64,000 nucleotides of DNA from an uncultured Gemmatimonadota bacterium (GCA_964510615.1 CAZEBA010000010.1:15754-79753); one strand, 5' to 3'; shown: positions 30,189 through 39,891, counted from the stretch's first letter. The notes: generated by a model not told the origin, from the sequence alone. Translations and numbers: made by a program.

Positions 30189-31180
30189 CCCCCGGCGATG
30201 AGGGAGGAGCGCGACGGCGGCCGGTCGCCGGAGTCGCGATCGCCCCGTCGGTGCTTTGCGCCGCCCTGTGGACGGCGGGCCTTGCGGGTTGCCGACAGGT
30301 GGCCTCCGAGAACGATCCGGTGGACACCATCTTCGCCGCGTCGCTCACGGCCACCATGGGACGGCTCGAGGCGCGGTTCAGCCAGCTGGGTGGCAGGGCG
30401 GTTCGAGGAGACCCACGGGGCTCGGTGGCGGGCGCCCACCTCATCCGTGAGGGCGTCTGGCGACCGGACGCCTACATCACCGCGGACATCGCCACCGTTC
30501 CCCTGCTCGGACCGAACGATCCGGGCTGGGCCGTGGCCTTCGCCCGCAGCGAGGTCGTTCTCGCCTACGCGGACGGGAGCGCGTTCAAGGCGGCCCTGGA
30601 CAGCGCGAGTCGCGGCGAGCTGGCCTGGGAGGATGTCGTCCTGCGCTCCGGCTTCCGCCTCGGACGGACCGATCCGGGACTCGATCCGAAAGGATACCGG
30701 GCGATCTTTGCGTTTCGGCTCGTCGAGGAGCAGGGTGGCCGGCCGGGGTTGGCGGAGAGTCTCCTCTCCGGGCCGGCCGATGCGGAGAGCGTGTTCCCGG
30801 AGGAGCAGCTGGGTACCCGGCTGCACACGGGAAATCTGGACGCGGGCGTATTCTATCTGGCCGAGGCCAAAGCTCAGGGATTCCACACCATCCGGCTGCC
30901 GCGCCTGGCCGGCCAGGGCGATCCGCGTGACGCCGGCCGCCTTGCCCGCATGCAGTACCGGGCGGCGGACGGCCGCACCTTCCGAGGAGCACCTATCCTG
31001 TACGCCGCCACCATTCCCGTCAACAGCCGCGACACCGCCGCCGGGGCGGAGTTCATCGCGTTTCTCTTGAGCGAGGAGGGAAGGGTGATACTGGAGGCCG
31101 ATGGGTTCTGGTCGGAGAGGATTCCGATGGGCGACGCGAAACGGATTCCGGGTTCGCTCCGGGCCCTGCTGGAGCGCTAG
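30185..31180 (+). CDS. Molybdate/tungstate ABC transporter substrate-binding lipoprotein (ModA/WtpA-like)
   Basis: GTGA overlap with the upstream gene; signal plus lipobox LWTAGLAGC; type-II SBP fold resembling molybdate/tungstate binders. Confidence 0.6.
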   Translation: MTPGDEGGARRRPVAGVAIAPSVLCAALWTAGLAGCRQVASENDPVDTIFAASLTATMGRLEARFSQLGGRAVRGDPRGSVAGAHLIREGVWRPDAYITADIATVPLLGPNDPGWAVAFARSEVVLAYADGSAFKAALDSASRGELAWEDVVLRSGFRLGRTDPGLDPKGYRAIFAFRLVEEQGGRPGLAESLLSGPADAESVFPEEQLGTRLHTGNLDAGVFYLAEAKAQGFHTIRLPRLAGQGDPRDAGRLARMQYRAADGRTFRGAPILYAATIPVNSRDTAAGAEFIAFLLSEEGRVILEADGFWSERIPMGDAKRIPGSLRALLER

Positions 31181-31812
31181 AGGGCGGCCCGCGCAGCAGC
31201 CTGGCGGCGGAACGTCTCCAGGCGTGTCCGCGCGCTCTGGATCTCCTCCTCGGTGAACAGCCCGGCCTGCTGGACGGCAAGCAGCTCGTCCAGCTGCTCC
31301 TCCGTGATGTAGCTGAGCTCGATCGCGATCTCGCCGAAGCGCTTCTTGGGGAACTTTCGCTGCTCCTCCAGCACTCGCGCCACCTGGGCCGGGTCGAGCG
31401 CGCGGCGAATGATCGCGACCGTCCCCAGTGCGAACTTGCGAGGAATCGGCAATTCGGGTACCCCTTTCTGGCCCGCCTCGTCGAGCTGGGCTCTGTCGCT
31501 TTCGACCGGCAGAAACTCCGGCTCGTCCTCCGGATCGGAGAGTCGCACCATCCAGCTGGAGTCGTCCGTCGCCGGCCTCGGTCTCTCGGCAGGGGCCGGG
31601 CTCTCCGGGGCCCGTGGCGACACGGCGTTCGCGGACGGACCGAAACGCGTAAGCGCCCGCAGACTCAGCAGATGGAGGATGTACAGACCCAGTACGGCCG
31701 TGGCCATCGTGACCATGCTGTCCCGCCGTACGATCGCCGTAATGCCCACGATGCCCGTTACGGCCGCGAACACCAGAGTATAGGGTCCGCTGTACATCGC
31801 GCTTTTTTGCAT
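31177..31812 (-). CDS. Membrane protein with C-terminal GspE-N/MshEN-like domain(s) (possible c-di-GMP-binding)
   Basis: Two N-terminal TM helices; C-terminal KKRFGEIAIELSYITEEQLDELLAVQQ and an upstream half-repeat RKFALGTVAIIRRALDPAQVARVLEEQRK. Start is ambiguous (ATGs at 31812, 31878, 31935). Confidence 0.45.
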   Translation of the reverse strand: MQKSAMYSGPYTLVFAAVTGIVGITAIVRRDSMVTMATAVLGLYILHLLSLRALTRFGPSANAVSPRAPESPAPAERPRPATDDSSWMVRLSDPEDEPEFLPVESDRAQLDEAGQKGVPELPIPRKFALGTVAIIRRALDPAQVARVLEEQRKFPKKRFGEIAIELSYITEEQLDELLAVQQAGLFTEEEIQSARTRLETFRRQAAARAAL

Positions 31813-31992
31813 ACTGCCGTCCGCACCGTCGGCCTGCCACGCCCACGGCGCACCCCGTGCCATCGGCGAAGCCCGCATGGTACCTCGGTCGATGTCACCG
31901 GACGCGGCGTCGAGGGCTTCGATCAGGCTGTGCAAGCAGCAAGCGGTGTGCCTGTCCGCGGTGCAGCGGGCGATCCGGGGGCAGGCGGCGCG

Positions 31993-33135
31993 CTACGCGT
32001 CCTCCGGGCACGAGGAGACCGACTTCCCCTGCTCATCGGTCGCGATGTCGCGACCCGACCAGATCGGCCAGCGATCCACCACACGATCCCCGTCGGTGAC
32101 CCAGTAACTGCCAAAATTCGCGACAGTTAAGCAGGAGTGGTTCGGCAAGACCCGCAGGCGCGTGCCCAAAGGGTATCGCCGGTCGACCATACCGTGCTCC
32201 TGCGAGAGGGCGGTGAGACGGGCCTCGGAAGCCAGACGGCCTTCCCGGTAGTTCTCGTAGATCCCGCCCATGGCTGGCGGGGCCGACCCGGGCCCCCGGT
32301 CGGCGGAAAGCGCCAGGGCTCCCGCATCGACCACACAGTGCGACGCCCCCGGCTGGCTGGAAACGACGCTGGTGAGAACCGTCGCGGCGCAGTCACGGTA
32401 GTCACAGGATCCGAGCCAGGCCTGCGTACGGTCATAGAGAGCGTAGTTTCCGGGGCGTGCCTCTGTAACGCCCGTCAGATTCCGTACTTGCGACATCGTC
32501 GGTGTCGAGCCGACGCTCACCCCCGGCACATCGACCCCGGCCGCCCGCAGCCGCTCGGCCAGGGCGACCATGAGCCGGCGTTCCTCCTCGCTGACGGCCC
32601 GAATCTCCTGCGGGGATGCGGCAGAGTAGGCGTGCCCGGAGTGGGACAGGATACCGGCAAACGTCAATCCTGGAACGGCTTGTATCGCTCGGATCACCTC
32701 TCCTGCCACCGGCCCGTTCGGATCCACACCGGCTCGATGATAGCCGCAGTCCACCTTCAGCCAGACGGGTGCTCGGATCCCGTGCCCTTCGAGCGTCCCG
32801 ACCGCCTCCGCCGAATCCACCACCACGCCGAGCCGGATCCGGTCGCAGATCGCCGCCAGCTGGCGCATCCGGCTCGGGATGATCGGAAACGCCCAGGTTT
32901 GGTCCGAGAAGCCCGCGTCCGCGAATCGCTCGGCCTCATGAAGGGTGGAGACCGTGATTCCGCGAGCTCCGAGCGCCCGCTGGCGCTCGGCGATCGGCGC
33001 GCACTTGTGGGTCTTGACGTGGGGACGGAGTGCGACCCCCAGCGAGCGCGCACGCGCCGCCATCCGGGAGAGGTTCGACTCCAGTACGGAGAGCTCCAGC
33101 AACAGGGCCGGGGTCGGAAGGTCCTCCAAGCGCAC
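31993..33135 (-). CDS. Fold-type III PLP enzyme, D-serine dehydratase-like / alanine-racemase-N-domain family
   Basis: PLP-lysine context LRPHVKTHKC; alanine racemase N-terminal TIM barrel plus C-terminal domain; 380 aa. Confidence 0.7.
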   Translation of the reverse strand: MRLEDLPTPALLLELSVLESNLSRMAARARSLGVALRPHVKTHKCAPIAERQRALGARGITVSTLHEAERFADAGFSDQTWAFPIIPSRMRQLAAICDRIRLGVVVDSAEAVGTLEGHGIRAPVWLKVDCGYHRAGVDPNGPVAGEVIRAIQAVPGLTFAGILSHSGHAYSAASPQEIRAVSEEERRLMVALAERLRAAGVDVPGVSVGSTPTMSQVRNLTGVTEARPGNYALYDRTQAWLGSCDYRDCAATVLTSVVSSQPGASHCVVDAGALALSADRGPGSAPPAMGGIYENYREGRLASEARLTALSQEHGMVDRRYPLGTRLRVLPNHSCLTVANFGSYWVTDGDRVVDRWPIWSGRDIATDEQGKSVSSCPEDA

Positions 33136-33289
33136 GTCATCCTCCGGATCGCCGTCTGCCGAGGTCCGACTGCTGAGAGCCGGATCCGCCGAGCAGCTTG
33201 CTCGAGGCCGGTGCGCACCGCAATCCGCCGGCCGGCATCCGCTGCGCCTCAGGGTAGCTGCGGGCGACGCTCCGCCGCATCGTCAGAGC

Positions 33290-35401
33290 ATGTCACGAGC
33301 ACCATCGGGCCGCAGGCCACCGGATCCCAGCAGGCCGTCCGATCGCACGAGCCCGTCCGATCGCAGGACCTGGCCGTCTCTGCCGGCGGTCTTCGGCCTG
33401 CTCGCCGGCGTGCTCCTGCTGACGTTCCTGCTTCCCCTGCTCGCCTTTCTTCCGGACGTGGACGCGAACGAACTGGTGCGGCAAGTGGAGAGCGCGGGGC
33501 TGGTTCGAGCCGTGTCGATTTCGGCCGTGAGCGCCTCCGTCGCCACCCTGTTCGCTGCGCTCGGCGGTGTGCCGCTGGGGTACCTTCTGGCCAGGGACAG
33601 GGTCCCGTACCCGGGGCTCGCCCGAACGCTCGTCCTGCTGCCGCTCGTGCTGCCTCCCGTGGCCGCCGGCGTGCTTCTTCTCAACGTGTATGGCCCGGGT
33701 GGATGGGTGGGCGGGTGGCTGGAAGCGGCGGGTTGGACGGTCGCGAACGCCCTGGGCGGCATCGTCATCGCCCAGGTGTTCATCATATCGCCGTTCGTCA
33801 TCCTGACGGCCGAGGCGGCGTTTCGAGGCGTGGATCCCCGGCTGGAGGCGGTGGCCGCCACTCTGGGCCGCCCTCCGGTCATCGTGTTCCGACGGGTCTC
33901 GCTGCCGCTGGCGCGCTACGGCCTGCTCGCCGGTCTGGCGCTGGCGTGGATGCGGGCGGTCGGCGAGTTCGGCGCCACCGTCGTCCTGGCGTACCATCCC
34001 AGGTCGCTCCCGGTCCACCTCTGGGTGGAGCTCACCGGACGGGGCCTACGAGCCGCGCTGCCGGTGGCGTTGGTAGCGCTGGCCCTCGCCGCCGGGATTC
34101 TGCTGCTGGCGCAGCGCTTCGCCTCACGGACCCGCCAGCCGGTGTCGGAAACCGGACTCCGCGGTCCGGCGCGCGAGGCGACCGATGAGCCGGATCTCGC
34201 CCTCGATGGCTCGGTATCGTCTCCGGCCGGGCCCGGCCCGGTGATCGAGGCGGATTTTCGCCTCGGCCTGGGCGGATTCCGGCTCGAGGTCCGCTTGGAG
34301 GCCCGCCGCGAGATCCTCTCCCTCTTCGGTCCCTCGGGCGCGGGCAAGAGCACTCTTCTGCGGGCGATCGCCGGGCTGGTGGATCCCGATGCAGGCCTGC
34401 TGCGCCTGGCCGGCGCTACCGTGTTCGGCGACGGAGTCCGCGTTCCGCCCGAGTCGCGGTCGGTGGGTCTCGTGCTCCAGGGGCCCAGTCTGTTTCCGCA
34501 CCTGACCGTCCGGGACAACGTGCGGTTCGCGGCCGATGGAGCCGAGGCGGAGGACCGCTTCCGTCGGCTGCTGGCGGTGACGCGGCTGCAGGGACTGGAG
34601 GGCCGATACCCGGCCGAGCTGTCCGGCGGACAGCAGCAACGCGTCGCTTTGGCCCGGGCCCTCATGCAGCAACCTCGCATCCTGCTGCTGGACGAGCCGT
34701 TCTCCTCCCTTGACACCAACATGCGGGAGCGGCTTCATCGGGACGTCAAGCGAATCCGGGCGACGTTCGGGCTCTGCGTGATCTACGTGACCCACGAGCT
34801 GCGGGACGCATGCGCGATGGGCGATCGCCTGGCGGTGATCGTGGACGGTCGCATCGAACAGGTCGGCGAGCCGCTGGCCGTGATCCGTCATCCGGCCACG
34901 TTCGACGTGGCTCGTTTCGTAGGGGTGAGAAACCTGTACCGGGGCATCGTGCGGCGCTCGGCAGGGAAGGAGTTGGAGATCGGCATCGGCGGCTTCACGC
35001 TGCAGGCGGCGCCGGTTCCCGGTGTCGCCGACGGGAGCTCGGTGTACGCCTGTGTTCGACCCGAGGACTTCGAGCTGACCCATGTCGGCTCGGAGCGAGG
35101 AGCGATCGGAGCCAACTCCGTTCCGGTGACGATTCTCGACCGACAGCTGCGCGGACCGACGGTGACCCTGGAGGCGGCCGTGCGGGGAGCAAATCCGGAA
35201 CTCCGGCTCGAGATCGAGATTCCGGTCCGGACGTACGAGACCCTCGGATTGGGGATCGGCGACGAGGCCGAGGTGACGGTGGCGCCGGATGCGATCCACT
35301 TGATCGCGGTCCAGCGCCCGCAACCTCCGCTGGCGAGCACCGAAGGGTGTGACGACGATGCGTCACGCGTCGTCTTACGAGCGGAACGGAGAGCCACATA
35401 G
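33290..35401 (+). CDS. Fused ABC transporter permease-ATPase (ModB/WtpB-like permease + ModC/WtpC-like ATPase)
   Basis: ATG at 33290. N-terminal 5-6 TM permease with EAA-like loop (…EAAFRGVDPRLEAVAATLG…); then Walker A GPSGAGKST, signature LSGGQQQRVALARAL, Walker B ILLLDEPFSSLD; C-terminal TOBE-like region. Confidence 0.75.
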   Translation: MSRAPSGRRPPDPSRPSDRTSPSDRRTWPSLPAVFGLLAGVLLLTFLLPLLAFLPDVDANELVRQVESAGLVRAVSISAVSASVATLFAALGGVPLGYLLARDRVPYPGLARTLVLLPLVLPPVAAGVLLLNVYGPGGWVGGWLEAAGWTVANALGGIVIAQVFIISPFVILTAEAAFRGVDPRLEAVAATLGRPPVIVFRRVSLPLARYGLLAGLALAWMRAVGEFGATVVLAYHPRSLPVHLWVELTGRGLRAALPVALVALALAAGILLLAQRFASRTRQPVSETGLRGPAREATDEPDLALDGSVSSPAGPGPVIEADFRLGLGGFRLEVRLEARREILSLFGPSGAGKSTLLRAIAGLVDPDAGLLRLAGATVFGDGVRVPPESRSVGLVLQGPSLFPHLTVRDNVRFAADGAEAEDRFRRLLAVTRLQGLEGRYPAELSGGQQQRVALARALMQQPRILLLDEPFSSLDTNMRERLHRDVKRIRATFGLCVIYVTHELRDACAMGDRLAVIVDGRIEQVGEPLAVIRHPATFDVARFVGVRNLYRGIVRRSAGKELEIGIGGFTLQAAPVPGVADGSSVYACVRPEDFELTHVGSERGAIGANSVPVTILDRQLRGPTVTLEAAVRGANPELRLEIEIPVRTYETLGLGIGDEAEVTVAPDAIHLIAVQRPQPPLASTEGCDDDASRVVLRAERRAT

Positions 35402-35538
35402 ACCGACACGGCGAGGAGCGCTCGGTTGGCGGTTCGCAGCGTTCCCAAGGTGGTTTTCCCCATCGACCGGAGGGCGGGAGCCCGGGCGACGAAGAGGTTG
35501 TCCGGGCCGTCCTGGACGGCCGGGCGGAGCAGTATGCC

Positions 35539-36021
35539 GTGCTGGTGCGGCGATACCAGGATGTCCTGTATCGCTACGCCGAGCGGATGACCGGACGGCC
35601 CGACGAAGCCGAGGACATCGTGCAGCAGACCTTCGTCCGTGGCTACCGGCGCCTCGCGAGCTGCCGTGATCCGCACCGGGTGGGCGGCTGGCTGTTCCGG
35701 ATCGCCGCGAACCTGTGCAAGGATCAGGTGAAGGGCCGCCGGCGCCGCGAGCGTCCGCTGGAGGAAGCTCGCGAGGTCAGCACGGCGGGACCGGTGACGC
35801 ACGACGCAGCGGAGCGAGGGGAGATCCGGGACCGTATCGAGGGGGCGCTGCACCAGCTTCCGGTCGAGCAGCGGGAGGCGTTCCTTCTGAAGCACGTGGA
35901 GGGGTGGTCCTACCAGGAGATGGCCGAACGACTCGACGTCTCGGTGCCCGCGCTCAAGATGCGGGTCTACCGGGCGCGTGAGGCGTTGCAGCATCTGCTG
36001 GCCGGCTACTACGCGGAGTGA
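35539..36021 (+). CDS. ECF RNA polymerase sigma factor
   Basis: Region 2 YQDVLYRYAERMTGRPDEAEDIVQQTFVRGYRRL; region 4 QREAFLLKHVEGWSYQEMAERLDVSVPALKMRVYRAREAL. The conserved N-terminal residues (DEEVVRAVLDGRAEQYAVL) lie in-frame upstream of the GTG at 35539 with no ATG/GTG/TTG before them, so the start is uncertain. Confidence 0.75.
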   Translation: MLVRRYQDVLYRYAERMTGRPDEAEDIVQQTFVRGYRRLASCRDPHRVGGWLFRIAANLCKDQVKGRRRRERPLEEAREVSTAGPVTHDAAERGEIRDRIEGALHQLPVEQREAFLLKHVEGWSYQEMAERLDVSVPALKMRVYRAREALQHLLAGYYAE

Positions 36022-36059
36022 GCGAGGGACGAGTGGAGTCCCCGGTTGCGAGGTAAGTC

Positions 36060-36686
36060 GTGGACGAGACGGGATCGCGCGAGATGCGAGAAGAGTTACA
36101 GCGGTACCTGGATGGCGAGCTGCCCCCGGCGGAGTTGACGCCGGAGCTTCGGCGAGAGGCCGCCGCCTGGGAGGCGCTGCTCGAGGATGTGCGGAGCACG
36201 GCGGTTGTCGGCGCTCCATCGTGGCTGGAAGGCCGCGTCATGTCCACGGTCCAGGCCGCACGCCCGGCCTGGCGCAGGTGGCTGGAGTGGCTCCTGCGGC
36301 CGCGCACGGTCCGGATCGCGCCGGCGCCCGCGTTTGCCGGTCTGGTGCTGTTGGTGGCGCTCGCCGTCCTCCCCCGGATGGGGGAGTTCGCGGGCTCCGC
36401 CGAGGATGGTCGCGTCTACGTCCAGCTTTTCCTGGAGGCTCCGGCCGCTTCTTCGGTGGCGATCGCGGGCGACTTCAACCGCTGGGACCCGATCGAGCTG
36501 GAGGATCCGGACGGAGACGGAGTCTGGTCGGCTCGACTGGCGGTCCAACCGGGCGTTTACGAGTATATGTTCCTGCTGGACGGCTCCCGCTGGGTGACCG
36601 ATCCCCATGCCGAGCGGTATTCGGATGACGGGTTCGGGAATCGGAACGCGGTACTCGCCATCCTTCCGGAGGGAACGGGCACCTGA
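36060..36686 (+). CDS. Anti-sigma factor (single TM) fused to a periplasmic CBM48/AMPK-beta glycogen-binding-like domain
   Basis: N-terminal anti-sigma helix REELQRYLDGELPPAE; TM FAGLVLLVALAVL; C-terminal VAIAGDFNRWDP...DGDGVWSARLAVQPGVYEYMFLLDGSRWVTDP. Confidence 0.6.
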   Translation: MDETGSREMREELQRYLDGELPPAELTPELRREAAAWEALLEDVRSTAVVGAPSWLEGRVMSTVQAARPAWRRWLEWLLRPRTVRIAPAPAFAGLVLLVALAVLPRMGEFAGSAEDGRVYVQLFLEAPAASSVAIAGDFNRWDPIELEDPDGDGVWSARLAVQPGVYEYMFLLDGSRWVTDPHAERYSDDGFGNRNAVLAILPEGTGT

Positions 36687-36703
36687 GGTCAGGAGCACGG
36701 GCG

Positions 36704-37435
36704 ATGCTTGCCACCAGGGAGAGGATTCTGGTCGACGCCCGCGAGGCCTACGGGCGTGGTCCTTCTCCGTGGCGAAGCCGGTCTCCGCTTGCGGCCCTGG
36801 TCCTTCTCCTGCTTGCGTCGGCAGCGCCCCTCCGCGCTCAGACCGATCTCCGGCGGGTACTGTCCGCGTACCCTCCAGCCGAGGCCGCCCGCCTGGAGGC
36901 CGTGATCCTGCAGCCCCGCTGGGATGGGTTCCCGACGGACCTCCTCGTGGAACACACGGCCGAGGGGATGGCCAAGGGCGTGAGCCTGGAGCGTTTGCTT
37001 TCTTCGCTCGAGGGATACGCTCGGCGCCTCGGACGGGCGCACGAGATCCTGGGCAAGCGCGCGACGGCGACGTCTCTGAAGGCCACGGCCGATGTCCTCT
37101 CCCGCGATGCCCCGGACGACGTGGTCCGTACGATCGCCGGCGTGAACCCGAGGGACGACCAGCTGACGGCCGCGATGGTCGCATTGGGCGACCTGTTGGA
37201 GGCGGGCGTGCCCGCGAACGAGGCCGAGAACCTGCTGCTCGACGCAGCCTACCAGCGCCAGAACAACGATGACGTGCTCCAGATCCCGGCCCGCGTGCGC
37301 CGCTGGATTCGGCAGGGGTACCAGCCGATCGATGCGGCGGCGGAGGTCAAGCGCACGATGGAGCCGCCCCTCCAACCCGGTGGCGGCCTGATCGACCGCT
37401 ACACGAAGCCGCCGCCCGACCGCCCCTACGACTGA
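36704..37435 (+). CDS. Hypothetical secreted protein
   Basis: Signal peptide PLAALVLLLLASAAPLRAQ; co-directional with the sigma/anti-sigma pair; antisense ORFs in this region rejected. Confidence 0.45.
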   Translation: MLATRERILVDAREAYGRGPSPWRSRSPLAALVLLLLASAAPLRAQTDLRRVLSAYPPAEAARLEAVILQPRWDGFPTDLLVEHTAEGMAKGVSLERLLSSLEGYARRLGRAHEILGKRATATSLKATADVLSRDAPDDVVRTIAGVNPRDDQLTAAMVALGDLLEAGVPANEAENLLLDAAYQRQNNDDVLQIPARVRRWIRQGYQPIDAAAEVKRTMEPPLQPGGGLIDRYTKPPPDRPYD

Positions 37436-37613
37436 AGAGCGGCCATCCGGCCCGCGCTCCGGCACCGGCGGGCGGGTGATCGCGGCGAGCGCCGTTCATT
37501 GAGCCGCTCCGGCTCCCTCCCTATGTTCGCACGGATTCCGTGGCGCCGGATCGGGTGGCGGCGCCATCTCATCCCGGGCAAAGGCAGGCAGCACCCCTGG
37601 ACAAGGAGCGCGA

Positions 37614-38708
37614 GTGACCAGCTCACCGTCGGCGGTAAGGGTCGTCGGCACGGGCAGCTACCTGCCCGATAACGTCCTCGACAACTTCGCGCTCTACGAG
37701 CAGGAGGGCATCCGCACGGCCTTCGACGTCGAGCGGGCACGCGGGGCGCTTCGCGACGTGGACGATCCGTCCTCGCTGTCGCCCGCCGAGGTGTTTCACG
37801 CCTGGTCTCTCCAGGTGACCGGCATCAGCGAGCGCAGAATCATTCCCTGGGATCAGGACGCGACCACCGAGGTCCTGAGCACGGAGGCCTGCCGGAGGGC
37901 GCTCGCGGACGCCGGCATGCAGGTCGAGGAGGTCGATCTCCTGATCGCGTCCTCCGTATCGCCGTCCGACACGGTGCCGAACATGGCCTGCACGATCGCG
38001 GCGCAGCTCGGGATCCCCAAGGTAGCCGGCTACACGGTGAACGCGGCCTGCGCCGGGTTCGTGTATCTGATCGCCAACGCGTACGCGATGATCCTGAGCA
38101 GGCTGGCTCGCAACGTGCTCGTCGTCTCCGGCGATGCGCTCTCGCGGGTGACGGACTACGATGATCCGAAGACCGCCGTGCTGTTCGCCGACGGAGCCGG
38201 TGCGGCCGTGCTCACCCCGGGATCCGAGAAGGACAACGGCCTCATCGTCGCCGCTCCGTACCTGGACGCCGACTACTCCTACGAGCACCTGAACATGCGG
38301 AGCGGCGGCTGGGAGTGGGATTGGGAGGGCAGCCCGAAGCTCCGCATGGGCGGCGGTCCTCACGTTCTCCGGGCCGCGATCAACGCGATGTCCAACGCGG
38401 CGAAGCAGGCAGTGGCGCGAAGCGGCTTGGGCTGGGATCAGATTCACTACGTGATCCCCCACCAGGCGAACGAGCGCATCACACGCGGCCTGGAGAGACA
38501 GCTGGACCTGCCGAACGGGCGGGTGGTGCACACGATCGACCGGTACGGCAACAACTCGGCGGGGTCGGTCGGGATCGGCTTCGACGAGGTGCTGCGGGGA
38601 ATGCACGGTCCGCTCCCGGACCCCACCTACGTGCTGCTTACCGCGGTGGGAGGGGGCTACACGAGCGGAGCCACCATCGTCCGCTGGCACCCGGCGGATC
38701 GCGGCTAG
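37614..38708 (+). CDS. fabH: 3-oxoacyl-ACP synthase III (KAS III, FabH-like)
   Basis: Catalytic triad contexts NAACAGF (Cys), HQAN (His), GNNSAGS (Asn). Confidence 0.8.
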   Translation: MTSSPSAVRVVGTGSYLPDNVLDNFALYEQEGIRTAFDVERARGALRDVDDPSSLSPAEVFHAWSLQVTGISERRIIPWDQDATTEVLSTEACRRALADAGMQVEEVDLLIASSVSPSDTVPNMACTIAAQLGIPKVAGYTVNAACAGFVYLIANAYAMILSRLARNVLVVSGDALSRVTDYDDPKTAVLFADGAGAAVLTPGSEKDNGLIVAAPYLDADYSYEHLNMRSGGWEWDWEGSPKLRMGGGPHVLRAAINAMSNAAKQAVARSGLGWDQIHYVIPHQANERITRGLERQLDLPNGRVVHTIDRYGNNSAGSVGIGFDEVLRGMHGPLPDPTYVLLTAVGGGYTSGATIVRWHPADRG

Positions 38709-38741
38709 GGCGGACACCCCACCGTAGGGCGGACACCCACC
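38705..38741. repeat. Two tandem copies (plus a degenerate third) of an ~18-bp direct repeat TAGGGCGGACACCC(C)ACCG
   Basis: Seen directly after the fabH stop, in the convergent gap before the BNR-protein gene. Confidence 0.55.
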
Positions 38742-38805
38742 GTCCGGGCGGGGCGACCGACGATGCTGGCGGGCGACGATGCCCGGCTCGAGGGCCGTGG
38801 GCGCC

Positions 38806-39891
38806 TCAGGCGATCCGCGCCGCCGTCACCGACAGGATCTTGGGAAGGTGGGTCGCGATCGGCGTCCAGCTCCGCCCCTCGCGGCTGGCATAGAGGTGGC
38901 CCGTGGAAGTCCCGAAGTAGACGCCGCACGGATCACAGCCGTCCGTGTCCAGGGCCTCCCGGAGGATCGAGACGTACGCGTGTTCCTGCGGCAGGCCCGA
39001 TGATCGGGCCGTCCACGACCGCCCCGCATCCGACGTCTCGTAGACCCGCAGCCTGGCATCGCAGACCGATCTCATGTGGCTGCTGGCCTCCGGGATGACC
39101 CAGGCGCGGTCCGGGTCCGCCGGATCGATCCCGATCACATACCCGAAGTCGCTCGGAAGCCCGCCGCTGATCTCCTCCCAGGCGTCCCCCCGGTCATCGC
39201 TCCGGTACGTGCCGCAGTGGTTCTGCTGGTAGAGTCGGTCCGGCCGGGCAGGGTGGAGCCGGACGCTGTGCACGCACTGGCCCGCCTCCGGGACTGACTC
39301 CGGGAGGAAGTCCGCGCGGACGCCGCGGTTGGCCGTGGTCCACGAGGCGCCCGCGTCGTCCGTGCGGTAGCAGCCGCCGGCCGAGAGCGCGACGTAGATC
39401 CGGCGGCGCTCCCGAGGATCGACGAGGATGGAGTGGAGCGCGAGCCCGCCCTTGGCGGGCTGCCAGCTCGACCTCGCGGGATGAGCCTCCAGCGCCGTGT
39501 TCCACTCCCAGGTCTCGCCGCGGTCGGGGCTGACGAACAGCGCTCCAGGCTGTACGCCGGCATAGAGCACATCCGGGGTCGAGGCGTGTGCCGGGGCCAG
39601 GTGCCAGATCGCCTTCAGCTCCTGCCCGCTCTCCGGCGGAAAGGCAGGTCGGCCGCCCGCAGGTCCCCAGCTCGAGCCGCCATCCTCGCTGCGATAGAGG
39701 TGGCTTCCCCAGACGACGTGCGTGGCGGCCGCGAACCCGAGAGACGGCTCCCGCGGATCCAGAAGGGCGTGATAGACCTCGTGGCCTTCGATGAACGGAC
39801 CCTCCAGGCGCCACCGGTCGCGCCCCGGGCTCGAGAGAGCCCGGAAGAGGCCTTTCCTCGTCCCGACCAGCAGGCAGACACGCTCCGTCAA
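38806..39891 (-). CDS. BNR/Asp-box repeat beta-propeller protein (sialidase/Sortilin-Vps10-like fold)
   Basis: Six Asp-box-like SxDxGxxW motifs (SEDGGSSWG, SPDRGETWE, TDDAGASWT, SDDRGDAWE, TSDAGRSWT, SREGRSWT). Confidence 0.65.
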   Translation of the reverse strand: MTERVCLLVGTRKGLFRALSSPGRDRWRLEGPFIEGHEVYHALLDPREPSLGFAAATHVVWGSHLYRSEDGGSSWGPAGGRPAFPPESGQELKAIWHLAPAHASTPDVLYAGVQPGALFVSPDRGETWEWNTALEAHPARSSWQPAKGGLALHSILVDPRERRRIYVALSAGGCYRTDDAGASWTTANRGVRADFLPESVPEAGQCVHSVRLHPARPDRLYQQNHCGTYRSDDRGDAWEEISGGLPSDFGYVIGIDPADPDRAWVIPEASSHMRSVCDARLRVYETSDAGRSWTARSSGLPQEHAYVSILREALDTDGCDPCGVYFGTSTGHLYASREGRSWTPIATHLPKILSVTAARIA

